Assembly: GCA_016342645.1 (NCBI GenBank)
Contig: JAEINX010000004.1
Span: 4,363 to 68,362, forward strand
Source of the DNA: Bacteroidales bacterium
Lineage (GTDB): Bacteria > Bacteroidota > Bacteroidia > Bacteroidales > JAEINX01
Length of the DNA stretch: 64,000 nucleotides
Reading direction: 5' to 3'
Below the pieces are notes generated by a model. That model had not been told where the DNA came from. It saw nothing but the letters and a program-made list of their open reading frames with translations, and made no database searches. The position numbers and the translations under genes were made by a program. Shown in pieces: positions 47,502 through 57,304 of the stretch. Positions within the stretch are counted from its first letter, which is position 1, and each line of letters opens with the position of its first letter.

Positions 47502-47521
47502 ACTAATAAAAACCATAAACT

Positions 47522-50206
47522 ATGAAAATTCTTATATTGGAAGACAATAAATTTGATGCTGATTTTACAATACGGCAAATATCAAAAGATTTTAAGGATT
47601 GTCATATTGATATTGCATCATCAATTGCAGAGGCAACAAAACTTATCAATATTAACTACGATATTGCTTTACTTGATCTAAAATTGCCCGACGGCTTTGG
47701 AACCGATTTTCTTATTGAGCTAAGAAAAATTAACAAGGAAATAGCAATAATTATGGTATCAGGCTTAAACGATGAAGAATTTATTGTTAGCGCATTAAAA
47801 TCCGGAGCCGATGATTATATTGTAAAAAAAGAGGGTTATCTTTTTAATTTGTCAGAAATTATTTTGTTTAATTTAACAGAAAAGAGTAAAAGAAATGACC
47901 GATTATTGGAAAATATTAAGGTATTATATATTGAACATCATTCACCAGATATTGATTTGACAATGCGTCATTTTAAAAAAGTTGCACCCCAATTTCAATT
48001 TAAATCTATCCTGTCAGGTGAAGCTGCTCTTAAACTATTTGATAAACCTTCAATTAAATCTGATCCCTATGATGTGCTCCTGATGGATTATAATTTACCG
48101 GGAATTAACGCCATAGAAATAACAAAAATAATACGTCAGAAACTAAAATTGGATATACCAATTGTAATTGTTACAGGTCAAGGCAATGAAAATATTGCGA
48201 TTGAGGCTTTAAAACTCGGTGCAGATGAATATCTTGTTAAAAGAGAAAATTACCTGAAAAAATTGCCTTATCTGTTAACAAATGCTTATCAAAGACAAAA
48301 AATTAAAGCTAAAAAAAAAGAATTAATAGAAAGTGAATCAAAATATCGCTTATTATTTGAGAACAATCCACAGCCAATATGGATTTATGATATTGAAACA
48401 TTAAAATTTTTAGAAGTTAATAAAGCAGCTATTGATCATTATGGATATTCGAAAGATGAATTTCTTTCAATGACTTTAAAAGATATTCATCATATTGTTG
48501 AAATAGATAGATTTCTTACTAATCTGAAGAAAGCAAATGATGTTTTCAATTTTGAAGGAGAAAGTAGGCATCGTAAGAAAAATGGAGAAATTTTCATTGT
48601 TGAAACTACTTCACATGGCGTAAATTTTAATAAAAGAGAAGCAAGGCATGTGCTTGTTAAGGATATAAGTCTAAGAAAAAAAGCAGAAGAGCAAGTGCAA
48701 CTGCTGAGTGCTTCTGTAGAACAAAGTCCTGCAAGTATAATTATTACAAATTTTGATGGTGTTATTGAATATGTAAATCCAAAATTTATTGAAATTTCAG
48801 GATATATCAAAGACGAAATAATAGGAAATAATCCTCGGATTGTTAGTTCCGGATTACAGGATAAAAAATATTACAAAATTCTTTGGGAAACAATTAAATC
48901 TGGTCGAATTTGGCAGGGAGAGTTTGCCAACAAAAAGAAAAATGGAGAAATTTTTTGGGAAAATGCAATTATAGCTCCAATAAAAAATAAAGTTGGAGAA
49001 ATCACACATTTTGTATCTGTAAAAGAAGATATCACCGAAAGAAAAAAAATGATCGATGATTTAATAATTGCAAAAGAAAAAGCAGAAGAAAGCGACCGTT
49101 TGAAGTCGGCATTCCTGGCTAATATGAGCCATGAAATACGAACACCTATGAACGGTATCTTAGGTTTTGCCGATTTATTAACCGAACCCGGCCTTACGGG
49201 TGAAAAGCAAAAAAAATACATTAATATGATTGAGAAATCCGGTGTGCGAATGCTTAATATTATCAACGACATAATCAGTATCTCCAAAATAGAATCAGGT
49301 GAATCGGATATTAATCTTTCCGAAATTAACATACTCCATCAGATTGAATTTGTTTATAACCTCTTAAAAATTGATGCTGAAAAGAAAGGATTGAGTCTAT
49401 CAGTTATTAATACTCTTACTGATAATGAAGCTGTTATTAAAACCGATAAAGATAAATTATTTGCCATTCTAAGCAATCTTGTCAAAAATGCAATTAAGTA
49501 CACCAATGAGGGTGAAATTGTATTTGGATATAATAAAAAAGGAGAATTTCTTGAATTTTTTATAAAAGACTCAGGGATTGGAATTGCAAAAGACCGCCAG
49601 CAAGCTATTTTCGAACGTTTTATTCAAGCTGATATTGAAGACACAATGGCTCGTCAGGGGGCAGGATTGGGTTTATCAATTTCAAAAGCTTATGTGGAAA
49701 TGTTAGGCGGTAAAATCTGGGTAGAAAGTGAAATAGGGAAAGGTTCAATATTTTATTTTACCCTTCCCTATCATACCGTGGCAAAGGAAGAAAAAGATAA
49801 TAAAAGTGAAATTTCGACTTCCATTGAAAATCCGCTGAAAAAAAAGCTTAAAATATTGATTGCCGAAGATGATAAAACAACGGAATTATTTTTGGAAATC
49901 ATTGTCAATAAATTTGCAAAAGAAATATTAAAAACCTGGTCCGGATTAGAAACCGTTGAAATTTGCCGTCTCAATCCCGACATTGACCTGATATTTATGG
50001 ATATTCGCATGCCGGGAATGAGTGGTTATGAATCCACACGCCAAATACGAAAAATTAATAAAGACGTAATCATAATTGCACAAACCGCTTATGCTTTATC
50101 GGGCGATAGGGAAAAGGCCTTGGAAGCTGGTTGCGATGATTATATTGCAAAACCCATTAAAAAAGATGAACTTATTTCATTAATACAAAAGTATTTTAAG
50201 AGTTAA
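47522..50206 (+). CDS. Hybrid histidine kinase: REC-REC-PAS-PAS-HisKA-HATPase-REC
   Basis: 894 aa. REC1 (ILILEDN...IALLDLKLPDG), REC2 (VLYIEHH...VLLMDYNLPG), PAS (ESESKYRLLFENNPQP; SVEQSPASIIITNFDG), H-box MSHEIRTPMNGILGF, HATPase (NLVKNAIKYT, DSGIGI, GAGLGLSI), and REC3 (ILIAEDD...LIFMDIRMPGMSG...YIAKPI). Confidence 0.87.
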   Translation: MKILILEDNKFDADFTIRQISKDFKDCHIDIASSIAEATKLININYDIALLDLKLPDGFGTDFLIELRKINKEIAIIMVSGLNDEEFIVSALKSGADDYIVKKEGYLFNLSEIILFNLTEKSKRNDRLLENIKVLYIEHHSPDIDLTMRHFKKVAPQFQFKSILSGEAALKLFDKPSIKSDPYDVLLMDYNLPGINAIEITKIIRQKLKLDIPIVIVTGQGNENIAIEALKLGADEYLVKRENYLKKLPYLLTNAYQRQKIKAKKKELIESESKYRLLFENNPQPIWIYDIETLKFLEVNKAAIDHYGYSKDEFLSMTLKDIHHIVEIDRFLTNLKKANDVFNFEGESRHRKKNGEIFIVETTSHGVNFNKREARHVLVKDISLRKKAEEQVQLLSASVEQSPASIIITNFDGVIEYVNPKFIEISGYIKDEIIGNNPRIVSSGLQDKKYYKILWETIKSGRIWQGEFANKKKNGEIFWENAIIAPIKNKVGEITHFVSVKEDITERKKMIDDLIIAKEKAEESDRLKSAFLANMSHEIRTPMNGILGFADLLTEPGLTGEKQKKYINMIEKSGVRMLNIINDIISISKIESGESDINLSEINILHQIEFVYNLLKIDAEKKGLSLSVINTLTDNEAVIKTDKDKLFAILSNLVKNAIKYTNEGEIVFGYNKKGEFLEFFIKDSGIGIAKDRQQAIFERFIQADIEDTMARQGAGLGLSISKAYVEMLGGKIWVESEIGKGSIFYFTLPYHTVAKEEKDNKSEISTSIENPLKKKLKILIAEDDKTTELFLEIIVNKFAKEILKTWSGLETVEICRLNPDIDLIFMDIRMPGMSGYESTRQIRKINKDVIIIAQTAYALSGDREKALEAGCDDYIAKPIKKDELISLIQKYFKS

Positions 50207-50320
50207 TATCGAATATAGAACAAGGAATGATGAATGTTGAAAAAAAATAACAAGAGAAAATGAAATTATGAATAATTGCAGATAGTTAAAACTTCATTAT
50301 TCAAAATTCCTTGTTCGATA
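50207..50320. terminator. Long imperfect hairpin between convergent genes (possible bidirectional terminator)
   Basis: TATCGA..ACAAGGAATGATGAATG (50207-50237) pairs with CTTCATTATTCAAAATTCCTTGTTCGATA (50292-50320). Confidence 0.3.
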
Positions 50321-50379
50321 CCCATTATTATAATAAGTAATTATATATATGAAACACATAGGAGAAAGACTATGGATTT

Positions 50380-51109
50380 TTATTCAACATAGATTTTCCC
50401 ACTCACTAAACTCTTATCCGTTATTATCCTAACAACATAATATCCTTTTGTATGATTCAAATCAAGAGTGTTTACTGCTTCAGAATATTGTTTTTCCATC
50501 ACCGGCTGTCCAAGCATATTAAACACTTGGATTGTTACTTTTTGTAATTCTTTATCAATTATATAATGTTTATTATCGTAAACATAGAAGCGGATGTTTT
50601 CGGTTTTGCGTGTTTGATCTTCAATACCTGTTGCCCTGAAAGCTTGCCTTTTCATCCCATAAATAAATACCCGAGTAAATGGGATTTAACACATTAGCAT
50701 TAGAACTCAAAAAATTATTATCATCGGGACTGCTGTTGGCTACAATTGTTGAGTAAAATGGATTTCCTATCAAGTTCCAGCCCGGTGAAGTGCTATTTGA
50801 TGTTTTTGTAATATTAATGCTTTGATTAGATGTGTATGGAATTCCGGTTAAAACCAAAGTTTTGTTGGCGGTTTTGTAAAAAATATCATATCCTTTTCCA
50901 ACAATGAAGCCTTCATTTTCTAATGTCGAATTATTTTCGTTAGGCCCATTTAATATGTCAACCCAATTACCGATAGTTCCATTCCAATCAAGACTTTCTT
51001 CCCATCGATATAACTGATAGTTGTCTGCCCCGTCTGTTAGTCCAATAGTCAAAGCATCGAAATACCCATCAATATTGGTTTGCCCGGATATAATAATGCC
51101 AATTGTCAT
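50380..51109 (-). pseudogene. Truncated and frameshifted T9SS cargo gene (C-terminal sorting domain retained)
   Basis: Two overlapping minus-strand ORFs in different frames (50621..51109 and 50380..50655). The downstream piece ends in a T9SS type-A sorting domain (FNMLGQPV...GYYVVRIITDKSLVSGKIYVE). No signal peptide or plausible N-terminus is present, and the region upstream is an IS remnant. Confidence 0.6.
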
Positions 51110-51253
51110 TTAAAAGACAATAATAATCATTAATTATTGTAAATGGCAAAAGTAAAAATAAAAAGAAGAATCGTTGTTGTCTCATTGATAAACAACTTGG
51201 ACTAATTAACAGAATGTCAGGATGCATAGTCGATGGTAGTTATCAAAGTGTAG

Positions 51254-51361
51254 GAGAATTTATACAACTCTTACCGACCTCATAAATCACATGGAGACCT
51301 GACACCTTATGAAATTTTTAGAGCTAAAATGAACATCTATATTCAAAGTCAACCAAAGTAA
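51254..51361 (+). mobile_element. Transposase remnant (last ~35 codons of a DDE/rve integrase-core gene)
   Basis: My translation is ENLYNSYRPHKSHGDLTPYEIFRAKMNIYIQSQPK-stop. YNxxRPHxSxGxxTPxE is the conserved C-terminal signature of rve-type transposases (IS3/IS481-like). An in-frame TAG lies immediately upstream, so only a fragment remains. Confidence 0.5.
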
Positions 51362-51382
51362 GAAGGATAACATCGTGCATTT

Positions 51383-52096
51383 TTATTCATTTATATAATC
51401 CTTAATTAATCTACACCATTCCATATATCCCGAACCACTCAAATGTAAATTGTCGCCACAATCATAAATGGGATTTAGTATTTGCCCACTCACAAATCTT
51501 GAATACAAATCGATAAACACTATGTTATTCTTAACACAATAATCTTTTAGTTGTTTATTAAAGTCTATTATTTTATTGTTTAATGACTTATTACTTGGAA
51601 GGAGGCTCTGTATATAAATTTTTGTTTTTGGACTTTTAAGTTTAATTGTTACAATGATTTTTACATAATTATTAAAAATTGAATCCATTGAATAATTTTT
51701 TCGAATATCATTTATCCCAATCTCAATAAATATTTTTTTTGGTTTACTTTCAATAACCTCATCTAATCTTTGTAAAATACCTTTTGTTATATCAGCATTA
51801 ATGCCACGATTTTTGATATTCACAGATCTAAATATCTCATGCCATTCAAAGTTATTTGTAAGCGAAGTACCAATCATAATCACCTCGTCTGAATCATTTG
51901 GCAATTTATCAAATACCTCATTCCTACCAATAAAATAAGTTACAGAATCAGGTTGTTTTAATTCTTGCGATTGTTTAAATTTATTTTGTGAATGTTTCAG
52001 AAGAATCTTTTTCATTACATTTCCAAGAAACAATACATTTATACCAATAGAAATAATAAATAATAATCTGATTGTTTTTTTATTAAGTTTTTTCAT
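51383..52096 (-). CDS. SGNH/GDSL-family hydrolase (esterase)
   Basis: 237 aa. N-terminal anchor or signal, block I MIGTSLT, block III GINDI, block V DNLHLS. Confidence 0.75.
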   Translation of the reverse strand: MKKLNKKTIRLLFIISIGINVLFLGNVMKKILLKHSQNKFKQSQELKQPDSVTYFIGRNEVFDKLPNDSDEVIMIGTSLTNNFEWHEIFRSVNIKNRGINADITKGILQRLDEVIESKPKKIFIEIGINDIRKNYSMDSIFNNYVKIIVTIKLKSPKTKIYIQSLLPSNKSLNNKIIDFNKQLKDYCVKNNIVFIDLYSRFVSGQILNPIYDCGDNLHLSGSGYMEWCRLIKDYINE

Positions 52097-52230
52097 CTGG
52101 CACTGTTCTTAATAGCTAAAATTGATTGCGAATTTACGGATTTCTTTTCCCGGTTATCCTGGATTTTCATTTTATACTGATTCATGAGGAATGCTAACTT
52201 GACTAAAATGCGTAAAATATAGATAACTGC

Positions 52231-53718
52231 TTATTGATAAGCCGGATTCTGTACTAATGCCTCATTAAGAAGCAACTCTTCTTCAGGGATTGGGAGAAAT
52301 AGATGATCATCTGTAGTAGAATTTGTAATTTGTTTTGCGTATTCTTTATCCCATCGAACTAAATCAAACCACCTCAAACCATCTTCATAAATCATTTCTC
52401 GTCGTTTCTCGTCACGGATAGCTTTAATCATTTTATCTTTAGTATTTACATCTGCCAAAGTAAGAGCAGGAATACCAGTTGTTCCAACCGGTACTGGCCA
52501 CCAAGGATTTTCAAAAGTCAAATCTTTTGCCCGAGCTCTGATTATATTCAGAAAATCAAGGGCGGCTTTTTTATTTGATTCATAATTTTGCTCAATCAAT
52601 GATTCATATTTATTAAAATGAAGTTCGGTGGCACGGATAAGCACAAAATTCATCTGCTCAATTCCGCCCAAGTCATATCCGCGTGGAGGAACATGTTTGC
52701 GAATAGCCGGATTCCCCGACCAGGGATGATCTCCAAACATGAATTCCCAACGAATATCTTTGCCCTGAGTCACCATCAAAGTATCAGCAGTATCAAACAG
52801 CTCATAATCTTCATCAGCAAACTCAAAATCAAAACCCATAAACCAGCCAAATATTCCTGAACCAAAGAAACCAGGAGAGTAATCATTCTGCTGTTCAAAA
52901 ATTGATTCCGAGGAATTATTAGATTCTTCAAAAATGCTTCTCCATGTTGTTGCCAGTGGATAAATTCCACTATTTATAATCTCGTCTGAAAGTTCCAATG
53001 CAGTAGCCCAATCTTTCTCCATTAATGCAATGCGAGCTAAATAAGCTTTTGCTGCCCATTTACTGGCCCTGCCTTTTCTTTGGTTAGTTACAGGATTATC
53101 ATCATAATTTTCTAATACTGCAGGCAGATCGTTAGCAGCAATTGTTAGTTCCGCTTTTACAAGTTCTATTACTTCTACATAAGGAGATTTAGCAATTTGG
53201 TTGTCTTCCGGACCACCGGTCTCCAATTCCAAAACCAATGGGACATCTCCCCACGCCATGGCTAAATAGTAATAACATACACCCCTGAGAAAATGTCCTT
53301 CTGCTAATAATTCTCTTTTCCTGTCGTTAGTAAATTTCTCATTAGGTATTTCAGGAACTTTTTCAAGAAAGAAGTTAACATTAGTAATTGTTGTGTACAA
53401 TCTTGCCCACGGATCATAATAACCCGGAATAGATGAACTTGGTCCTAATTTTGTGCGGTCTTTTAATTGAAAGAGCCAACCAGATGGTTGCTTAATATCA
53501 TCCGTTGATACCTGAAAATAACAAATTAGTTGTGAGTAGGAACTCTCATTGAAAAATCTATTATAACAACCAGTGATACCCATTTCAGCTGCACTTTGTG
53601 AATCGTAAAATACATCCATCTCGACGCCGGAATATACATCTTGATCCAGCACTTTTTCACATTGACAAAAAAGTGTAAAAACAAGGATGAACAATAAATA
53701 TTTATATATTTTTTTCAT
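52231..53718 (-). CDS. SusD/RagB-family nutrient-binding outer-membrane lipoprotein
   Basis: 495 aa. Lipoprotein signal (LFCQC), TPR-like helical core (RGVCYYYLAMAWGDVPL, AKAYLARIAL), and a C-terminal LFLPIPEEELLLN. Lies immediately downstream of the SusC-like gene. Confidence 0.9.
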   Translation of the reverse strand: MKKIYKYLLFILVFTLFCQCEKVLDQDVYSGVEMDVFYDSQSAAEMGITGCYNRFFNESSYSQLICYFQVSTDDIKQPSGWLFQLKDRTKLGPSSSIPGYYDPWARLYTTITNVNFFLEKVPEIPNEKFTNDRKRELLAEGHFLRGVCYYYLAMAWGDVPLVLELETGGPEDNQIAKSPYVEVIELVKAELTIAANDLPAVLENYDDNPVTNQRKGRASKWAAKAYLARIALMEKDWATALELSDEIINSGIYPLATTWRSIFEESNNSSESIFEQQNDYSPGFFGSGIFGWFMGFDFEFADEDYELFDTADTLMVTQGKDIRWEFMFGDHPWSGNPAIRKHVPPRGYDLGGIEQMNFVLIRATELHFNKYESLIEQNYESNKKAALDFLNIIRARAKDLTFENPWWPVPVGTTGIPALTLADVNTKDKMIKAIRDEKRREMIYEDGLRWFDLVRWDKEYAKQITNSTTDDHLFLPIPEEELLLNEALVQNPAYQ

Positions 53719-53736
53719 ACTAACTTTTTTATGAAT

Positions 53737-56700
53737 TTAAAATGATATTTTAATTCCAATTATGTATGACCTGGACTGAGGATATGAGCCATAATCATAA
53801 CCTCTCAGCAGGCCACTGTTGGGCCCACCATTAACTCCTGTAAAGTGATCAACCTCAGGATCGTATCCTGAATAATTAGTGAATGTCAATAAGTTGACTG
53901 CAGTAATGTATATCCTTGCAGATTTTAACCTCAGTTTAGATATAACATTTGGAGCGAAATTGTACCCCAGAGTCAAAGTTTTTAATCTTAAATAAGAACC
54001 ATCTTCTAACCATCCTGTGTTAGGTAATGTATACTGATTATCTCTACCGTCGTAATTTACAACAGGATACTTTGTTATATCACCTGGTTCTTGCCATCTG
54101 TTATCAAAAGCAGCTTGTGTTGTATTTGTGCCAATAATTGTACGGTCGTTAAGTTTCAATGTCTCAATCCAGCTTCTTGTTGCATTGTATATTTTGTTTC
54201 CGTATGAATACTGAAAGAATATTGATAAATCAAAGTTTTTATAAGACATGGTATTGGTAAAACCTCCATAGAAATCAGGGAACGGACTTCCAGCTATAAT
54301 ACGGTCTCCTTCGTTTGGCAAATCTCCACTTCCATCCTGATCAATAATAACAACAGTTCCATCTTCAGGATTAACAAATTCTTCACGTTCATATAAATAA
54401 AAGCTAATTGGCTCACCAACTCTGGCGATACTACTACCACCGGCACCACTCACGATAACATCTTGGTCTTTCATCAATTCAAGAACTTTATTTGCATTCC
54501 TTGAGATGATAAAATCGGCATTCCAGTTAAATTTATTTTTTGCAATAATGGTACCATTCACACTAAACTCAATACCACGGTTCTCCATTTTACCTATATT
54601 TTCCCATTTATGGCTCATACCCATTGTACTAGGTATTGGAACGAGAAATATTAAATCATTTGTGGTTTTAATATAGTAGTCAACAGTAAAATTTACCCGA
54701 CTTTTAAATAAACTCACATCAGTACCTACGTTAAATTGCGTAGTTTCCTCCCATTTCAGATTCGGGCTGGGTAAGCTTGAGATAACCGCTCCAGTTTCAT
54801 CAGTATAATTACCACCGATATTTGTACCTGTTCCAATACTCATGATACCGCGAGATGCATAATTTGATATCTCCTGATTACCAGTAATACCATAACTAAC
54901 ACGTAATTTCCAATTAGTTAAAAAATTGGCTGGTTCAAGGAAAGGTTCGTCTGATATTCTCCAACCAACTGAAGCTGATGGGAAAAATCCGTAGCGATGT
55001 TTTTTACCAAATCTTGATGAACCATCATAACGGGCATTCAACAAAAGAAGGTATTTGCCTTTATAGTTGTAATCAATTCTTCCAAAATAAGAATTAATAC
55101 CATAAGCTTGTTTATCAGATATAGCTACATCAATATCGGTTCCGGCATTTAAAGTTTGAATCTTATCTGAAACAATACCACTTACCAAAATAAAACTGCT
55201 TTCCCACATGGTTTCTTGCAACGTATTACCAGCAAGGAATGTAAAACTATGATTATTAATACCTAATTTATAGGTAAAATAGTTTTCCAATGTCCATACT
55301 CTTTGATTAAAATTACGTTGAGAAGCCTGGCCTCTCCAATCAGTTCCGTCAAATGCATTTGGATTTGGTGGATTAAACCACTTCTCCAGTTCATTACGGA
55401 TATCACCAGATACTTGTACTCTAAAATTAATTCTTGGCAATAAATCTACTTTCGCATAAGCAGAAGCAATTATACGATTTACATTATTCTTTATATTAAC
55501 GTCTATTGCCTGTCTGACAGGGTTTCCATATTCTATCTGAGCCACATCATTAGAAAAAGTACCATCTGCCAAATAAACAGGAGTTGTAGGAGCTTTTACT
55601 AATGCTGTAGAGAGAACAGGCCCTCCATAAATATGATTGAAATTCGATGCATCAGCATTATCCGGACTACCATCATTTTTAATTCGTCTCTGATCGATAA
55701 CAGATGCATACAAATTTGTACCCAGAGAAAATCTTTCTCCTAACTTTTGGTCGACATTTGCGCGAATGTTAAAGCGATTAAAATCTGAACCAATTATGAT
55801 ACCTTTTTGATTATAGAAACCGGAACTAATCATATATTTAGTTGTTTCTGTTCCACCAACAAAAGAAACGTTAACTTCTTCTACTTTTCCTATTCTGAAG
55901 ATTTCATCCTGCCAATTCGTATTAACTGTTGGATTATTTATAAAACTTTGTGAAAAGTATGGATAATATTCTGGTTCAATATTGGCCAACTGAGCCCGGC
56001 CTTCATTTACCAAGATTGCATAATCAGAAGCTCCCAACAAATCGTAACGGTTGGCTAATTCCGACATACCTAAATACAAATCTACTGTAAGTTCTCCTTT
56101 TCCTATTTTTCCTCTTTTAGTTTTAACCAGTATTACACCATTTGCGCCACGAGCTCCAAATATTGATGTGGCGGCAGCATCTTTCAAAATTTCGATAGAT
56201 TCAATATCGAAAGGATTAATTTGAGACATTCCATTAATCCTGCTTTCACCAACATTGCGGTTACTTGTTTGTGTATTTACTAAAGGAACACCATCAATAA
56301 CATACAAGGGGTCGTTACCTGAACTAATAGAAGTTGTGCCACGAATACGAATGGTAACACCACCTCCTGGTTCACCAGTATTATTTGTAACTAATACACC
56401 AGCTGCTTTGCCCTGAATTGACTTATCAATACCTGTAGCTGCCATGCTTTTGATATCATCGGTAGTTAAAGTTGTTATTGCACCGGTTACATCTTTCCGG
56501 CTTTGTGAACCATAACCTATAACTACAACTTCATCAAGTCCAATTGCATCTGCAATCATTATAATATTTATGGTTGTTTGGTTCCCTACCAAAACCTCTT
56601 GTGTCCTCATACCCACAAATGAAAATTGCAATGTGGTGCTATCTGAAATATTTGAAATGGAATAATGCCCATCTTTATTTGTAGTCGTTCCATTGAATGT

Positions 56701-57132
56701 GCCTTTTATTAACACAGTTACTCCTGGCAGAAATTCACCACTCTTATTGGTTATTATACCTGATACTGAGTCTTGCTGTTGCCCATCTGATAAAAATTTA
56801 GGAGACAGAATATTCTCGCTGTCAGTTATTGTGCATCCCATATTAGTCTCAGAAAAAAGTGTATTTGAGATTTCATCTATCTTCTTATTATCACGCGACA
56901 AGGTAATTTTACTATCTGTATTAATAAGTTTTTCATTGTAAAAGAACTCTGAAATATCTTCAATCTCATCAAACACATCTGCCGACTTATTTTGGGAACA
57001 GTCAAATGAAATCCTATTTATTTGGGAATAAGCATCGCTTGTGAATATCTGAAGAATGAAGGCGAGCATTATGAATACTGTAATACGCATAATTTTGAAT
57101 GTTTTTATTTTTTTAAAAAACCATTTATTCAT
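53737..57132 (-). CDS. SusC/RagA-family TonB-linked outer-membrane protein with an N-terminal STN-like signalling extension
   Basis: 1131 aa. The start may be Met15 at 57090. STN-like segment (ISFDCSQNKSADVFDEIEDISEFFYNEKLI...ITLSRDNKKIDEISNTLF...GCTIT), CarbopepD_reg (VSGIITNKSGEFLPGVTVLIKGT), plug (IESIEILKDAAATSIFGARGANGVILVKTKRG), a large barrel, and a terminal F. Confidence 0.92.
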   Translation of the reverse strand: MNKWFFKKIKTFKIMRITVFIMLAFILQIFTSDAYSQINRISFDCSQNKSADVFDEIEDISEFFYNEKLINTDSKITLSRDNKKIDEISNTLFSETNMGCTITDSENILSPKFLSDGQQQDSVSGIITNKSGEFLPGVTVLIKGTFNGTTTNKDGHYSISNISDSTTLQFSFVGMRTQEVLVGNQTTINIIMIADAIGLDEVVVIGYGSQSRKDVTGAITTLTTDDIKSMAATGIDKSIQGKAAGVLVTNNTGEPGGGVTIRIRGTTSISSGNDPLYVIDGVPLVNTQTSNRNVGESRINGMSQINPFDIESIEILKDAAATSIFGARGANGVILVKTKRGKIGKGELTVDLYLGMSELANRYDLLGASDYAILVNEGRAQLANIEPEYYPYFSQSFINNPTVNTNWQDEIFRIGKVEEVNVSFVGGTETTKYMISSGFYNQKGIIIGSDFNRFNIRANVDQKLGERFSLGTNLYASVIDQRRIKNDGSPDNADASNFNHIYGGPVLSTALVKAPTTPVYLADGTFSNDVAQIEYGNPVRQAIDVNIKNNVNRIIASAYAKVDLLPRINFRVQVSGDIRNELEKWFNPPNPNAFDGTDWRGQASQRNFNQRVWTLENYFTYKLGINNHSFTFLAGNTLQETMWESSFILVSGIVSDKIQTLNAGTDIDVAISDKQAYGINSYFGRIDYNYKGKYLLLLNARYDGSSRFGKKHRYGFFPSASVGWRISDEPFLEPANFLTNWKLRVSYGITGNQEISNYASRGIMSIGTGTNIGGNYTDETGAVISSLPSPNLKWEETTQFNVGTDVSLFKSRVNFTVDYYIKTTNDLIFLVPIPSTMGMSHKWENIGKMENRGIEFSVNGTIIAKNKFNWNADFIISRNANKVLELMKDQDVIVSGAGGSSIARVGEPISFYLYEREEFVNPEDGTVVIIDQDGSGDLPNEGDRIIAGSPFPDFYGGFTNTMSYKNFDLSIFFQYSYGNKIYNATRSWIETLKLNDRTIIGTNTTQAAFDNRWQEPGDITKYPVVNYDGRDNQYTLPNTGWLEDGSYLRLKTLTLGYNFAPNVISKLRLKSARIYITAVNLLTFTNYSGYDPEVDHFTGVNGGPNSGLLRGYDYGSYPQSRSYIIGIKISF

Positions 57133-57304
57133 ATAGGAAACATTTTTTTTTGTAAATTTACAAAATATATGAAATATATGGAGATTTTAATAAAAATTCT
57201 TTTTCGTAGGTCGCTATTTATGTTCATTCTATTTTAGTAGTTGATTAATTTCGAAATAGACTTTAGAAAATTTATTTGAATATATAAATTTATATCTGAT
57301 AATT

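Noticed and set aside
51110-51382. An intact insertion sequence between the T9SS cargo remnant and the esterase gene.
   Set aside because: Only about 35 codons of a transposase C-terminus are readable, preceded by an in-frame stop. No full ORF and no clear terminal inverted repeats were seen. I call it a remnant.
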